NCBI GenBank assembly: GCA_965140585.1
Contig: OZ223264.1
Location: forward strand, 288,001 to 352,000
Origin: Spirochaetia bacterium
GTDB taxonomy: Bacteria; Spirochaetota; Spirochaetia; UBA9216
Reading direction: 5' to 3'
Length of the DNA stretch: 64,000 nucleotides
In this document: piece after piece, positions 37,991 through 48,814 of the stretch
Position numbering within the stretch: the stretch's first letter is position 1
Layout: each line of letters starts with the position of its first letter
Notes under the pieces: model-generated
Told to the model about the DNA's origin: nothing
Databases searched by the model: none
What the model saw: only the letters and a program-made list of their open reading frames with translations
Made by a program: the position numbers and the translations under genes

Positions 37991-39485
37991 TCGGAAATGT
38001 AATGGTATAACGGGTAGCCTCTGAGGTGTCGAGGAGTGTTTCCGCTCCAAGCTGGGCGGTCATTGCCTCGATAAGAAGGCTGCCCAGTCCTTTTGTTTTT
38101 CCGGTAAACGGATTTCCATTGTTTTCAACTACTATAGTGTATTTCTCTCCGCTTGTTTTTCCTTCAACAAAAAGAGTGCTTTCAGGTTTTAAACCATACT
38201 TAACTGCATTTGTGAGAATCTCTGTTAAAAGAATCCCCAAATAGCCGGCTTTTTTGTCGGATACCGTAACAGGGTCAATATCTATCTTAAGTTCAACTTC
38301 AAAGCAGCATATTGCCGAAAGGGTATTGGACACCAGCTCGTTTATATAGTCTTCAAGCGGGATGTCATTCAGGCTGCCGCTGTTGTACAGCCGCTCATGA
38401 ATGTCCGAGATAGCATCTATTCTAAGTGAAAGACTTTCAAGCGTTTGCTCGGTATAGGGTCCTTCATTCTGGATTATCAGGCCGATGATCGAACTTATCA
38501 TACTCAGATTATTCTTTACTCTGTGGTGCACTTCTTTTATCAGCAGTTCTCTCTGTTTGTTTAGCTCATTCAGATCTGAATTAACTTTCTGCAGATGTTT
38601 CTTTTTCCTCTGCTGATGGATATACAGACTTGTAAGAATTATTAGAATATAAAGGGTGAAAATTATCAGACTGACAGCCAGTATCCGGTTTCTGACTTCC
38701 TTTATTTCACTGTCGAACCGATTATATGCTATTGCATAAAATGGAAAGCTTCTGGTCTGAATCCTTGCAGATACCCAGGTCTTGCCGTGTTCAAGTTTCA
38801 GTCCGCCTGTTACTTCATTTGCAGTTTCTGAATATAAATTACCGGAGTCTCCCGATACTGCTTTGCCGGAATCTGCAAGTGTTTTAAAATTGCTGTCTGT
38901 AAGACCAAGGTAAAAGGTATTCTGAAAATACGGGTCGTTTTGGAATGGCAGCAGTTTTGATGCTTTTACAGCAATTACAATAATTGCAGTGACAGTGCTC
39001 TCTGAAACAGCAGTTCGTGACAGAATTATCGTATCCGGATCTCCCGCATCAAATGCAGATACAGCTATGTTGAATTTCAATCCTTTTTTAATGTGCATAT
39101 CTGCAGCAGAAGAATATATACTGTGGCCGTAATCAGGAGCGTTGATACTTTTCCATAGTATCTGCATATCAGGCGTGATAATTGCGAGAAAGTCAATTTC
39201 CGGTGAAAGCAGCAGCTCATTTCTTGTCTGTCTTTCTAACGCCGGCGGTATTGAATTGTCCCGGGTTTTGATCCCTGATAGTGAGACGGAGGTAAGTCTG
39301 AGAAGCATATCAGCATTTTCAAGAATCCGGTTAGCCCTCTCTGCAAACAGGGTTGCCTGGTATTCTGTATCGGTTTCCACCTCATGAATAAGCTGAGTGT
39401 ATCCTGTCTTTCCGATTGAAATAATAACCAGTATTGTTAGAATCAGTACAGTCAGAGGAATAAGTATCTTTATTATGTTTTTCAT
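37968..39485 (-). CDS. Membrane sensor histidine kinase (periplasmic Cache-like domain, HisKA_2)
   Basis: Two TM segments, EVHHRVKNNL, EILTNAVKY, GLG. Confidence 0.88.
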   Translation of the reverse strand: MKNIIKILIPLTVLILTILVIISIGKTGYTQLIHEVETDTEYQATLFAERANRILENADMLLRLTSVSLSGIKTRDNSIPPALERQTRNELLLSPEIDFLAIITPDMQILWKSINAPDYGHSIYSSAADMHIKKGLKFNIAVSAFDAGDPDTIILSRTAVSESTVTAIIVIAVKASKLLPFQNDPYFQNTFYLGLTDSNFKTLADSGKAVSGDSGNLYSETANEVTGGLKLEHGKTWVSARIQTRSFPFYAIAYNRFDSEIKEVRNRILAVSLIIFTLYILIILTSLYIHQQRKKKHLQKVNSDLNELNKQRELLIKEVHHRVKNNLSMISSIIGLIIQNEGPYTEQTLESLSLRIDAISDIHERLYNSGSLNDIPLEDYINELVSNTLSAICCFEVELKIDIDPVTVSDKKAGYLGILLTEILTNAVKYGLKPESTLFVEGKTSGEKYTIVVENNGNPFTGKTKGLGSLLIEAMTAQLGAETLLDTSEATRYTITFPINNSPLP

Positions 39486-40506
39486 TCTTGGACTTCCTGC
39501 ACCAGTTTCAGAAAGTCCTGATCGATATTGAGAGCCTCTGATATTTCATCTTTTCTATATTAGAATGAGCCTCCAGGCCTCATATTTCTTTGTGGTATCA
39601 GGAAAATAGACAGTAATTCCCTTACTTTGTGCCAGATGTATCGCTTCTTCCTGAGCCTTTTCCGCATCCTTCCTCTGGTTAAGCGCCCGAGCGGTTCCAT
39701 ATATCAGTAAAGGTCTTTTTTTCTTCATTAGACAGCTGGTTCCAGAAATAACTTGAGACAAGAGGTACATACTGAGCGAAATATTCATTATCTGCGTATG
39801 CATATCTGATTCCAAGATTCCAGAGTTCCGCGCTCCGGATTGTTTCAAAGGTAGTCAGAAGTCCGTCTATGGATTTATCTTTTATCCTCTGCTGCAGATC
39901 CGGCCATGGAATTATTATTCCTTCAGCTCCGAATATCTCAACCCGTTTTTTATTAGCTATGCCGCCCGCGACCCTGATTCGGAGATTCCTGAAGTCTTTG
40001 GTTTCTGTAATCTGAGTATCTGTTGTGAATATATGAGCCGGACCGAGATCCATCCACAGTCCCGGGATTTTTACATCAAGGCCGTATTCAATACGCCTGA
40101 TTAACTCACGGCCTCCTTCTTTCTCAAAAAAGGCGTCTATATCGTCACTGTCTGCTCCGTAAAAATCAGGCATGAGCAGATAGCCGATTTCGGGAACATA
40201 TTTGTCGAGCTGCCAGGTTCCGGGTGCTGCCATCTCCAGGTCACCCCTTGCTAAAGCACGGACCACCTCGCTGTCTCGGAAAAGGCCTGCCGAGTGATAG
40301 AATCTTACATCCAGACGGTTCTCAAATGCCTCAGTCAGCTCGGCAGAAAAGGCTTTGACTGCTTTTGTCTGTACATGTGATTCGGTATTTTCAACTGAAA
40401 TCCTGAAGATGAGCCGGTTGTCATCCGAATACAAATTCACAGCTGTTGATAACATTAGAAAATATGTCAGGATTAGAAACCCGAATGTACTTTTATTCTT
40501 CCACAT
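39482..40506 (-). CDS. dctP: TRAP-type solute-binding protein, two frameshifts near the 3' end
   Basis: DctP features (F..ELTE..ENRLDV, LARGDLEM, DFRNLRIRV, IPWPDL...IDG); continues in shifted frames to VQEVQE*, whose TGA overlaps the kinase ATG. Confidence 0.8.
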
Positions 40507-40547
40507 ACCCGAATTTTAATGCCCGGGATTTCGAAAAGCAATAATTT

Positions 40548-41340
40548 TTATAAACGTATTCTATCGTTAAATGCTGTCAGCGCCGACTTTGCACCCTCTC
40601 CCATAGCTATCACTATCTGTTTATAAGGTACAGTTGTTACATCGCCCGCTGCATATATTCCTTTAACAGAGGTCCGTCCATGGGTGTCGATTAATATTTC
40701 TCCGAATTTATTCATGGCAGCGGTATCATTAACCTGCCATCCGATTCTTCCTATTATAATAGCTGTTTTAAGCCCTTTTCTTACAGAGTATATTGCTGCA
40801 GCACAGCCTGCCGGACCTCCCCCGATTACTGCGACAGCAAAATCGGAATGCTCGGCAGCCTTCTCGGTATCACTGAACCCGAACTCTTCCTCAAGGGCGG
40901 AAAGAAGTTCACCGAATGAAGCTCTACCTGAATGAATCATTGACCTTTCATGAAAAACTGCAGGAACCCCCTGAATCCCCAGAGACTCAACTTCATCCCC
41001 GGCCAGATCTCCTACTGTCATAGTATGAATGATGCCGGGATTCATAAGGCAGATCTGGTTAAAGGCCTGAACAACATCGGGGCAGTTTGTGCATGAAAGT
41101 GAGACATAGGTTGTAACAGAGGCTGGAACGTTCAGATTCTTGACTCTGACTGTTATAGAAGCATCCGGCCATTTGCCCTTTCCGTCCGCATTGAGTATAG
41201 CCAGAATCAGGCTTGAAACTCGTGACCGCTTGGAATACCGAGAAAAACAATTCCTGCAGGTTCCATTATTTATGAGAATTGTAAATGACGGAACTGTATC
41301 GGTAGTTCCGCTGTCTCCTGATGCAGCCTCTGTATCAGTT
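40548..41340 (-). pseudogene. ahpF: Alkyl hydroperoxide reductase subunit F remnant
   Basis: GIPSGHE, SLSCTNCPDVVQA, IGGGPAG...RKGL, then a jump to GIYAAGDVTTVPYKQIVIAMGEGAKSAL; central NADH/CxxC part deleted. Confidence 0.85.
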
Positions 41341-41349
41341 CCTCCTGCT

Positions 41350-41660
41350 TTTCATGAGCGGAAATACGGTACGTTCCGCTCTGCCTCGGAGAATTGCTTT
41401 GTTAGCCAGCCTACGCTCAGCGGCCAGCTGAGAAAACTAGAAGATGAGCATGGGCATCCCCTGTTTGAGCGCAGTATCCCGGAATCCGGTTTTTTCCGAC
41501 GGAAGAAAAAACTGAAATTCTGCAGGAACAGCTTCTAAACGGCGAACAGGATGCTGTAATGCTTGCTCATCCACGGCGTGAATTGTGGGATAATCTTGCT
41601 GAAGTAATTCATGAACACTGCGGGGTTGATCTGGATGTTGCCCCGCTTAGCTGGTGTGAG
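41350..41660 (+). pseudogene. oxyR: OxyR-like LysR regulator remnant
   Basis: FRSASENCFVSQPTLSGQLRKLEDE..LFERS HTH, then the fragment LQEQLLNGEQDAVMLA; divergent from ahpF. Confidence 0.7.
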
Positions 41661-41738
41661 TGAATGTTTTCCTCTCTGGATTTCCAACCCTTTATCAAGC
41701 ATGGATAATCTTATATAGTAGAGCTTTATGGAGGAAGT

Positions 41739-43151
41739 ATGAAGTTCTGCTCTGTTTATGCCCGGCTGTTCTGTGCTGCTGCGGCAGTGATTTTTATGCT
41801 AAGTGCCTGCAACACCCTTCCGAAAAAGGGAACGGCCGATCAGACTGTCCCTGAAAAAGGCCAGGTTGAGAAACCTGAGGACACAGCCCCTTCATACGAG
41901 CAGATTCAGAAGCTGATGGAAGCTGGAGATACTGCCGCTGCAGCAGATGAGTTTGAAAAAATTAAGACAGATGATGCTGAATCATTGAATGCATATGCCG
42001 GTATTCTGATGGCGAACGGCGAATACGAAAAGGCTGAAGAAGTCCTTGCAAAGCTGCTGGAAAAAGAGCCGGGTAACTCTGATGCCCTGCTTAACATGGC
42101 GCTTGTAAAGGGGATCTTCGGTGATATTGATTCTGAAAAAGACTTCCTTGAAAAAGCAATAGAGGCGAATCCTTCCAACGCAGACGCTTCTGCTATACGC
42201 GGTTCGCTTTATCTTTCAGAGGGTAAACTGAAAAAAGCCGGAGAGCTTTTTGAATCTGCAATTGCCTCGGACCCGGATAATATAGTTGCGCTTACAGGTT
42301 ACGGAAGTACGCTTGTAAGGCAGGAAGAATATGAAAAAGCCAGGGAGTACCTTGATCTGGCTGTTGAGCTTGAACCGGGGAATCCTTTCACATATCTTGA
42401 CCGAAGCAATGTGAGAGCTGCCCTTGGAGACTCCAAAGGGGCTGAAGCTGATTTGACCTCAGCAATCAACCTTGAGCCCGACTACTTCTGGCACTATATC
42501 GATCGCGGACGTCTTAGGGTTCGTGAAATAAGTGATCGTCAGGGTGCACTTGATGATTTTACAAAGGCAATCGAGCTTAATCCGGATAACTTTTATTCCT
42601 ATGTTTTCCGCGCAGGTATCTATGATGATATGGGCGAGCTTGAACTGGCCGCTGCAGATTACAGGAAACTGCTTGAACTGAAGCCGGATTACTACTTTGC
42701 ATACAGCTCACTTGCCACAATTCAGTTCATAACGGAAGACTGGGACGAGAGCCGGAAGTCCTTTGAAAAAGCATTTCGTGCCGAACCTGAGGAATATGCC
42801 TTTCTTGCCGCGGCTTCACTTGCTGTGATGCGGCAGGGTGACAAGACAAAGACCGCAAACTATCTAAAAAAGACGTTGGACTATATTCCTGTTGATAATA
42901 TCTACTATCATGTGATCCGCTCATTCCGTGAGAGTAATTATGATACCTATGCACTGCGTATGATAAAGGAAGAAGAGGATATTAATATCAGAAATAAGCT
43001 TCTCTTTTACATCGCAGAGCTGTATTTTATAAGGGATATGAAATCAGCAGCCTACAGCTACCTTGCCATGGTCCGCGATACAAAACTGACAGGTTTTTAT
43101 GAAGCTAAAATCGCGGCTGCGGAAATAGAAAAATATTTTGAAGATTACTAA
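41739..43151 (+). CDS. TPR-repeat lipoprotein
   Basis: Lipobox LSAC, many TPR units, GGAGG RBS. Confidence 0.9.
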   Translation: MKFCSVYARLFCAAAAVIFMLSACNTLPKKGTADQTVPEKGQVEKPEDTAPSYEQIQKLMEAGDTAAAADEFEKIKTDDAESLNAYAGILMANGEYEKAEEVLAKLLEKEPGNSDALLNMALVKGIFGDIDSEKDFLEKAIEANPSNADASAIRGSLYLSEGKLKKAGELFESAIASDPDNIVALTGYGSTLVRQEEYEKAREYLDLAVELEPGNPFTYLDRSNVRAALGDSKGAEADLTSAINLEPDYFWHYIDRGRLRVREISDRQGALDDFTKAIELNPDNFYSYVFRAGIYDDMGELELAAADYRKLLELKPDYYFAYSSLATIQFITEDWDESRKSFEKAFRAEPEEYAFLAAASLAVMRQGDKTKTANYLKKTLDYIPVDNIYYHVIRSFRESNYDTYALRMIKEEEDINIRNKLLFYIAELYFIRDMKSAAYSYLAMVRDTKLTGFYEAKIAAAEIEKYFEDY

Positions 43152-43179
43152 GCTTTGCTTATAAACTTCATTGTAAAAT

Positions 43180-43210
43180 GGCTGCCGTCGCGGCAGCCCG
43201 GTTATTTTTT
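43180..43210 (+). terminator. Hairpin, possible terminator after the TPR gene
   Basis: GGCTGCCG-TCG-CGGCAGCC, with a T tract a few nt later. Confidence 0.5.
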
Positions 43211-43236
43211 ATTAGAAGTTTAAACAGGAGTACTAT

Positions 43237-44430
43237 GTGACTGAAACTCGAATCAGCGATACTATCAGAAAAATACAGCTCGGTAACCGGGAGATTATAT
43301 TATGCGGTACAGCTCATATTTCAAAAGAAAGCATCAAAGAGGTTGAAAACCTCATCCGTGATGAACTTCCAGGCAGAGTCTGCATAGAGCTGGATGCACA
43401 GAGGTATAAAACCCTGACAGAAGGCCAGGACTGGAGCAGTCTTAACATAGGACAGGTGCTGAAGAAGGGGCAGGCTTTTCTGATGCTTGCAAGCCTTGTA
43501 CTTTCATCCTATCAGCGCCGTCTGGGTATGGATGTTGGAACTACTCAGGGCCGTGAAATTCTTATTGCTGCCGAAACAGCTACTGAACTGAAGATCCCGT
43601 TTTCATTTTCTGACCGCGATATTTCCACAACTCTGCGGAGAGCATGGTCAAAGTCCGGTTTTTTTCAGAAGATGAAGATGCTCTCTGCGCTGATAGGTTC
43701 AGCCTTTACAAGTGAGAAGCTTTCCGAAGAGGAACTTGAAAATCTTAAAACTAATTCTGCACTCCAGACAATGATGGATGAACTGGCAGACTACCTTCCG
43801 GGAGTCAAGGAAGTCTTCATTGATGAGCGCGACAGATTTATTGCTACAAATATCTTCAATGAAAAAGAGGAAAAGACCGTTGCCGTTGTAGGTGCCGGAC
43901 ATATGGACGGTATCGTTTCCTGGCTTGATATGCTGGAGAAAAAAGAAGCTGAGGCTGATCTTGCCGAGATAAGTACTGTTCCACCCAAAAAAAACTGGGT
44001 TTCAAAAATACCCTGGCTGATTACGGTAGCTGTTGTGGCGCTTATAGCCTCCGGGTTTATACGTTCGGGAATGCATCAGGGATTGAAGATGATCCTTGTC
44101 TGGATTCTTGCTAACGGTTCACTTGCCGCAATCGGCGCGATAGTTGCGATGGCTCATCCGCTGGTTGTTTTAATCAGTTTTCTTGCGGCGCCCTTTACCT
44201 CCATGAACCCTACCATCGGTGTAGGTATTGTTTCCGGACTGCTTCAGGCCTGGATACGTAAGCCTAGGGTCAAGGATTTTGAGGATCTGTACGAAGATAT
44301 TTCAAGCATCAAGGGTTTTTACAGCAACCGCTTTACAAAGATTCTGCTTGTATTCTTTTTCTCAAGCGTCGGCAGCAGCATTGGAACCTTTCTGGCCCTG
44401 CCTTACCTTACCGCTCTTATCGCCGGCTGA
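43237..44430 (+). CDS. TraB/GumN (pheromone shutdown-like) family protein
   Basis: GTAHIS, CIELD..R, DRDISTTLRRAW, IDERD, VVGAGH, C-terminal TM with APFTSMNP. Confidence 0.9.
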   Translation: MTETRISDTIRKIQLGNREIILCGTAHISKESIKEVENLIRDELPGRVCIELDAQRYKTLTEGQDWSSLNIGQVLKKGQAFLMLASLVLSSYQRRLGMDVGTTQGREILIAAETATELKIPFSFSDRDISTTLRRAWSKSGFFQKMKMLSALIGSAFTSEKLSEEELENLKTNSALQTMMDELADYLPGVKEVFIDERDRFIATNIFNEKEEKTVAVVGAGHMDGIVSWLDMLEKKEAEADLAEISTVPPKKNWVSKIPWLITVAVVALIASGFIRSGMHQGLKMILVWILANGSLAAIGAIVAMAHPLVVLISFLAAPFTSMNPTIGVGIVSGLLQAWIRKPRVKDFEDLYEDISSIKGFYSNRFTKILLVFFFSSVGSSIGTFLALPYLTALIAG

Positions 44431-45756
44431 GAACAGGCCGGAAATACACTTCTTTAAATCCGAGGTCAGTTCCGGATTTATGAAGTTTTTAAAGCCCATT
44501 TCGGCTGCTGTCTTTGCCCTGCGTTCAATGTGGGGCACCGGCATTATTTCACCTGCAAGGCTTATCTCTCCGGCACAGGCAGTACCTCCCGGGACCTGGA
44601 TGCCGGTTCTTGCTGAATACAGAGCCAGTGCGAGCGTTAAGTCGGTTCCAGGTTCATCAAGCCTTATGCCGCCTGCTACATTCACATAAATATCCTGATC
44701 TGAAAACCGCAGCGACAGTGTTTTTTCCAGAACCGCTGCCACCCTTGAAACTCTGCGCTGGTCGATTTTATCCGAGAACACCCGCGACAGACCGCCCTTT
44801 GCCGGGACTGTAAGAGCCTGAATTTCAACCATCAGCACCCGGGTCCCCTCATATACGGCTGCAGTGCAGGCTCCGGAAGGCTGTTCGCCCTTGCGTTTAA
44901 CCAGAAACAGAGATGCCGGTTCGTCTATCTGCTCAAGTCCCTTCGCCGTCATCCGGAATAATCCCAGCTCATCGATTGAACCGAAGCGGTTCTTCACTGC
45001 CCGCAATAGGCGGACATCAGAGGCTCCGTGCTCGAAGTAGAGAACCGTATCGACCATGTGTTCCAGCACCTTGGGGCCGGCAATTGAGCCTTCTTTTGTA
45101 ACATGGGCTACAAGAAAAACCGGACAGCCGTAGAGTCTTGCCCGATCGATAAGTTCAGAGGCACAGAACTTGATCTGGTTTACAGTTCCGGCGACCATCC
45201 CCAGATCCGGGTTAAACATAGTCTGCACAGAGTCGGTAATTACAAGCGCCGGCCTGGTTTTATCAATAGTTTTGAGAATGACAGTTGAATCGCTCTCACA
45301 CAGTACTTCTATGTCGCGTTTTATACCAAGGCGCTCAGCCCTCATCTTAATCTGTGAAGCAGATTCTTCCCCTGAAATGTAGAGAACCTTTCCGGTAACA
45401 GCGGCCTTGTCGCAAATCTGAAGCATCAGTGTAGACTTTCCGATTCCCGGTTCCCCGCCTACCAGCACGGATGATCCCTTCATCAGCCCGCCGCCGAGTA
45501 CTCTGTCTGTTTCTTCAGTTCCGGATGAGAATCTTACACCCTCGGATGTATAGATCCCGCTGAGCCTGACGGGGCCCCCGCTTCTGCCTGAATCAGTCCT
45601 GGCAGAGGATGATGAGGCGTTCTTTGTTTTGGGTGAAGCTGCGTGTTCAAGCTCAATGAAGCTGTTCCATGTTCCGCAGCCCGGGCACTTGCCCAGCCAC
45701 TTGGGTTCGGTGTGTCCGCATGATGTGCATTCAAAATAGGTTTTTCTTTTAGCCAT
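44362..45756 (-). CDS. radA: DNA repair protein RadA/Sms
   Basis: CTSCG...WLGKCPGC, GEPGIGKST, KNRFG, Lon-like C-terminus. Confidence 0.96.
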   Translation of the reverse strand: MAKRKTYFECTSCGHTEPKWLGKCPGCGTWNSFIELEHAASPKTKNASSSSARTDSGRSGGPVRLSGIYTSEGVRFSSGTEETDRVLGGGLMKGSSVLVGGEPGIGKSTLMLQICDKAAVTGKVLYISGEESASQIKMRAERLGIKRDIEVLCESDSTVILKTIDKTRPALVITDSVQTMFNPDLGMVAGTVNQIKFCASELIDRARLYGCPVFLVAHVTKEGSIAGPKVLEHMVDTVLYFEHGASDVRLLRAVKNRFGSIDELGLFRMTAKGLEQIDEPASLFLVKRKGEQPSGACTAAVYEGTRVLMVEIQALTVPAKGGLSRVFSDKIDQRRVSRVAAVLEKTLSLRFSDQDIYVNVAGGIRLDEPGTDLTLALALYSARTGIQVPGGTACAGEISLAGEIMPVPHIERRAKTAAEMGFKNFINPELTSDLKKCISGLFSAGDKSGKVRQGQKGSNAAADA

Positions 45757-45856
45757 TAGTTTATTTTGCATTAACAACGCGTATTTTACAAGCTTGCTTC
45801 AAAGTCTTTTTTAGGCTTAAATTGACAATATGTAAAATCTCTAATAGGGTCTATGA

Positions 45857-46326
45857 ATGGAATTAAAAATATCTGAATTAAAAAAGAGGAAATCCCGGAG
45901 TTCTGCAGCCTTGTTAGAACCGTTTATGACGAGTTTGTTGCTCCCGACTACTCAGATGAGGGCAACAGCCACTTTTATTCATACCTCGAGGAAGCTGCAG
46001 TAAGCGAACGCTTTGAGCAGGGGGGCTTTTTTGCCGCGGCAAGGGTTGAGGAGATATTCGCCGGTGTGGCAGCTTTCCGTGATATTAGCCATCTCACGAC
46101 CTTCTTTGTTTCCAAAGACTATCAGAACCGAGGAGTAGGCAGAATGCTTTTTGCATTTTCCCTGAGGCACATCCGCTCTCATCATCCTGAGGTTAAAAAG
46201 ATTACAGTTAATTCATCACCCTTTGCACTTCCGGTTTATAAGAGGCTCGGTTTTGAGCTGACAGGCGGGCGTGAAGAGAAGGACGGCATAATCTACTATC
46301 CCATGGAATACCGGATAAGCCGATAA
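45857..46326 (+). CDS. GNAT family acetyltransferase, 5' end disrupted near an A run
   Basis: VYDEFVAPDYSDEG upstream of the tracked ORF; FFVSKDYQNRGVGR, VNSSPFA.PVYKRLGF. Confidence 0.8.
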
Positions 46327-46353
46327 AAAAACCGCCCTGTGGTTTAGGGCGGT
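46325..46353 (-). terminator. Intrinsic terminator after the PPIase gene (between convergent genes)
   Basis: Minus strand ACCGCCCT-AAACCAC-AGGGCGGT + TTTTTT. Confidence 0.75.
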
Positions 46354-46388
46354 CTCCATGTCTGCATCCGGCTGAAGCCTTAGCATGT

Positions 46389-47465
46389 TTATTTAAAATC
46401 GATAAGCTCTACTTCAAAAATAAGGTAGGCATTCTCGGGGATTACTCCGGGGTAACCTCTTTCACCATAACCCAGCTCAGGCGGGATGATGAGAGTTCTC
46501 TTTTCACCCTTGGTCATGCTCATAAGGGCTTCATTCCATCCCTGGATAACCTGACCAATCTGGAAATCAATAGGCTCGCCTCTTTTTATCGAACTGTCAA
46601 ACAGTGTTCCGTCAAGAAGTGTTCCCTCGTAATGGCAGGTAACTGTACTTCCCATTTTCGGGCTGCCGTTTCCGTCGCCTTCCTGTCTTACAATGTACAT
46701 AAGTCCTGACTCGGTCTTTTCTGCATCCGGCCAGTTTTTCTTAATCAGGTCAAGTTCTTCCTTTCTTGCTTCTTCAAGTTTTGCAGCTGCTCTTGAAGCG
46801 GAATCTTTCACAAACTTGTCAAAGGTTTCCTGATCAGCCTTGAAGGCTTCGGCATCTGCACCCTTTCTGATGATGGTAACTTTATCCATAACATCTCCCT
46901 GGGCAATTGAATCAACTACGTCCTGGCCTTCAACAACATGGCCGAAAACAGTGTGCTTGTCGTTCAGCCAGGGTGTTTCAACATGTGTGATAAAAAACTG
47001 GCTGCCGTTTGTTCCGGGGCCGCTGTTTGCCATTGAAAGGATTCCGGGTCCGCTGTGTCTGAGGCTTGAATCAAACTCATCAGGGAATTTATAACCGGGT
47101 CCGCCGGTTCCGTTACCATTGGGGTCTCCGCCCTGAATCATGAAATTATCAATAACTCTGTGAAATTTTAGTCCGTCGTAAAACGGTTCTTCACCCTTTG
47201 TGTTATCGAGTTTTCCCTCTGCCAGCCCAACAAAGTTGGCTACTGTCATCGGTGTTTTTTTATATTCAAGTTCAAGAAGGATATCGCCCTTGCTTGTGCT
47301 TATTTCGGCGTAAAGGCCGTCGCTTAGATCCATGTATTTCTCCTCAATATTGGTGTCTTTCGTATCGCCGGCGGCATCCGAACTGTTCTTTTCCTTTGAG
47401 TTTGCACAGGCAAAGGAAACAAAAATCGAGAGTACTGTTAAACCGACAATGATTATTTTTTTCAT
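46389..47465 (-). CDS. Cyclophilin-FKBP fusion peptidyl-prolyl isomerase, probable lipoprotein
   Basis: [32 protein letters not shown]; HYEGTL..G..FDSS, VIQGWNE, PPELGYG; SFAC lipobox. Confidence 0.93.
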   Translation of the reverse strand: MKKIIIVGLTVLSIFVSFACANSKEKNSSDAAGDTKDTNIEEKYMDLSDGLYAEISTSKGDILLELEYKKTPMTVANFVGLAEGKLDNTKGEEPFYDGLKFHRVIDNFMIQGGDPNGNGTGGPGYKFPDEFDSSLRHSGPGILSMANSGPGTNGSQFFITHVETPWLNDKHTVFGHVVEGQDVVDSIAQGDVMDKVTIIRKGADAEAFKADQETFDKFVKDSASRAAAKLEEARKEELDLIKKNWPDAEKTESGLMYIVRQEGDGNGSPKMGSTVTCHYEGTLLDGTLFDSSIKRGEPIDFQIGQVIQGWNEALMSMTKGEKRTLIIPPELGYGERGYPGVIPENAYLIFEVELIDFK

Positions 47466-47467
47466 AA

Positions 47468-48637
47468 CTATTTAGCTTCTATTATCCTTGTAAAAATGAT
47501 TCCGTCAATGGCGTTAATCTTCTCGATCACATCTTCAGGCACGGAACCGTCAATATCGATGAGGTTATAGGCATGATCGCCCTTGTTCCGGTTGATCATG
47601 TTGGCAATGTTAAGTCCGCTTTCGGCAATCACGTGTGAAATCTGTCCGACCATATTGGGAACATTTCTGTTTCCTATAGCTATACGGGTCTCTCCGTTCA
47701 TCGGCATTGAGCAGTCAGGATAGTTAACAGAGTTCTTGATGTTTCCTGTTTCAAGGTAGTCACAAAGCTGTCTGACCGCCATGATGGCACAGTTTTCCTC
47801 AGCTTCAGGTGTTGACGCTCCGAGGTGGGGAATAGGAATGATATTTTCGACACCGATTACATCCTTGTCCGGAAAGTCGGTAACGTAACGATCAACCTGT
47901 CCGGATTCAATTGCTGCAAGCAGGGCCTTGTTGTCAACAAGTTCTCCTCTTGCAAAGTTAAGGATCTTTACGCCCTTCTTCATCTTTGCAATGCTTTCGC
48001 TGTTTATCAGGCCTCTCGTTGAATCGTTAAGCGGGACATGAACAGTGATATAGTCGCATTTCGCAAGAAGCTGATCCATGGATGCAGCTCTCTGCACTGA
48101 TCTTGAAAGTCCCCAAGCCGCATCAATGGAGATGTATGGATCAAAGCCTATTACGTTCATACCCAGCGATACTGCATCATTTGCAACCATAACACCAATT
48201 GCGCCAAGACCGATAATTCCAAGGGTCTTACCCATAATTTCAGCACCGGCAAAGTCTGATTTTCCCTTTTCAACGAGCTTTGAAACTTCATCGCTCTTGT
48301 CGAGGCTCTGTACCCAGTCAACACCGCGGATAATCTTACGGGATGATATGAAAAGGCCCATAAGCACGAGTTCTTTAACGCTGTTTGCGTTTGCTCCGGG
48401 AGTGTTGAAAACAACAATACCTTTTTCTGTGTATTCATTTACAGGAATATTGTTGGTTCCCGCTCCGGCTCTGGCAACACCCTTAAGGCCTTCAGGGATC
48501 TCCATGTCATGCATCTTGTAGCTTCGCAGAATTATTCCGTCAACGGTTTCGGAACCGCTGTCAACTGCGTACCTGCTCATATCCAGAAGATCCATACCCT
48601 TGGATGAAATGTTGTTCAAGGTCTTAATCTGATACAT
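47468..48637 (-). CDS. serA: D-3-phosphoglycerate dehydrogenase with a C-terminal ACT domain
   Basis: [39 protein letters not shown]; [12 protein letters not shown]. Confidence 0.88.
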   Translation of the reverse strand: MYQIKTLNNISSKGMDLLDMSRYAVDSGSETVDGIILRSYKMHDMEIPEGLKGVARAGAGTNNIPVNEYTEKGIVVFNTPGANANSVKELVLMGLFISSRKIIRGVDWVQSLDKSDEVSKLVEKGKSDFAGAEIMGKTLGIIGLGAIGVMVANDAVSLGMNVIGFDPYISIDAAWGLSRSVQRAASMDQLLAKCDYITVHVPLNDSTRGLINSESIAKMKKGVKILNFARGELVDNKALLAAIESGQVDRYVTDFPDKDVIGVENIIPIPHLGASTPEAEENCAIMAVRQLCDYLETGNIKNSVNYPDCSMPMNGETRIAIGNRNVPNMVGQISHVIAESGLNIANMINRNKGDHAYNLIDIDGSVPEDVIEKINAIDGIIFTRIIEAK

Positions 48638-48814
48638 ACTTCTCTCCATATTCGTTATGTCAGTCTTTGAGCATCTTTCAAGACTCGGTTAGTTTTGAAA
48701 GGTGCTTTGAAGCAAAATTTTACAAAATCATACAATTCCATATGTAATAATAAATTGTAAAATTTTCTTCATTTACATTATGGTGGTAATTTCTAAACTT
48801 TCTGAGTTTTGAAA

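Noticed and set aside
43237-44430. TraB as evidence of conjugation
   Set aside because: This is the TraB/GumN (pheromone shutdown-like) family, commonly chromosomal, and no T4SS genes are nearby
46389-47465. Cyclophilin-FKBP fusion as a novelty
   Set aside because: Such dual-family PPIases are already known in bacteria
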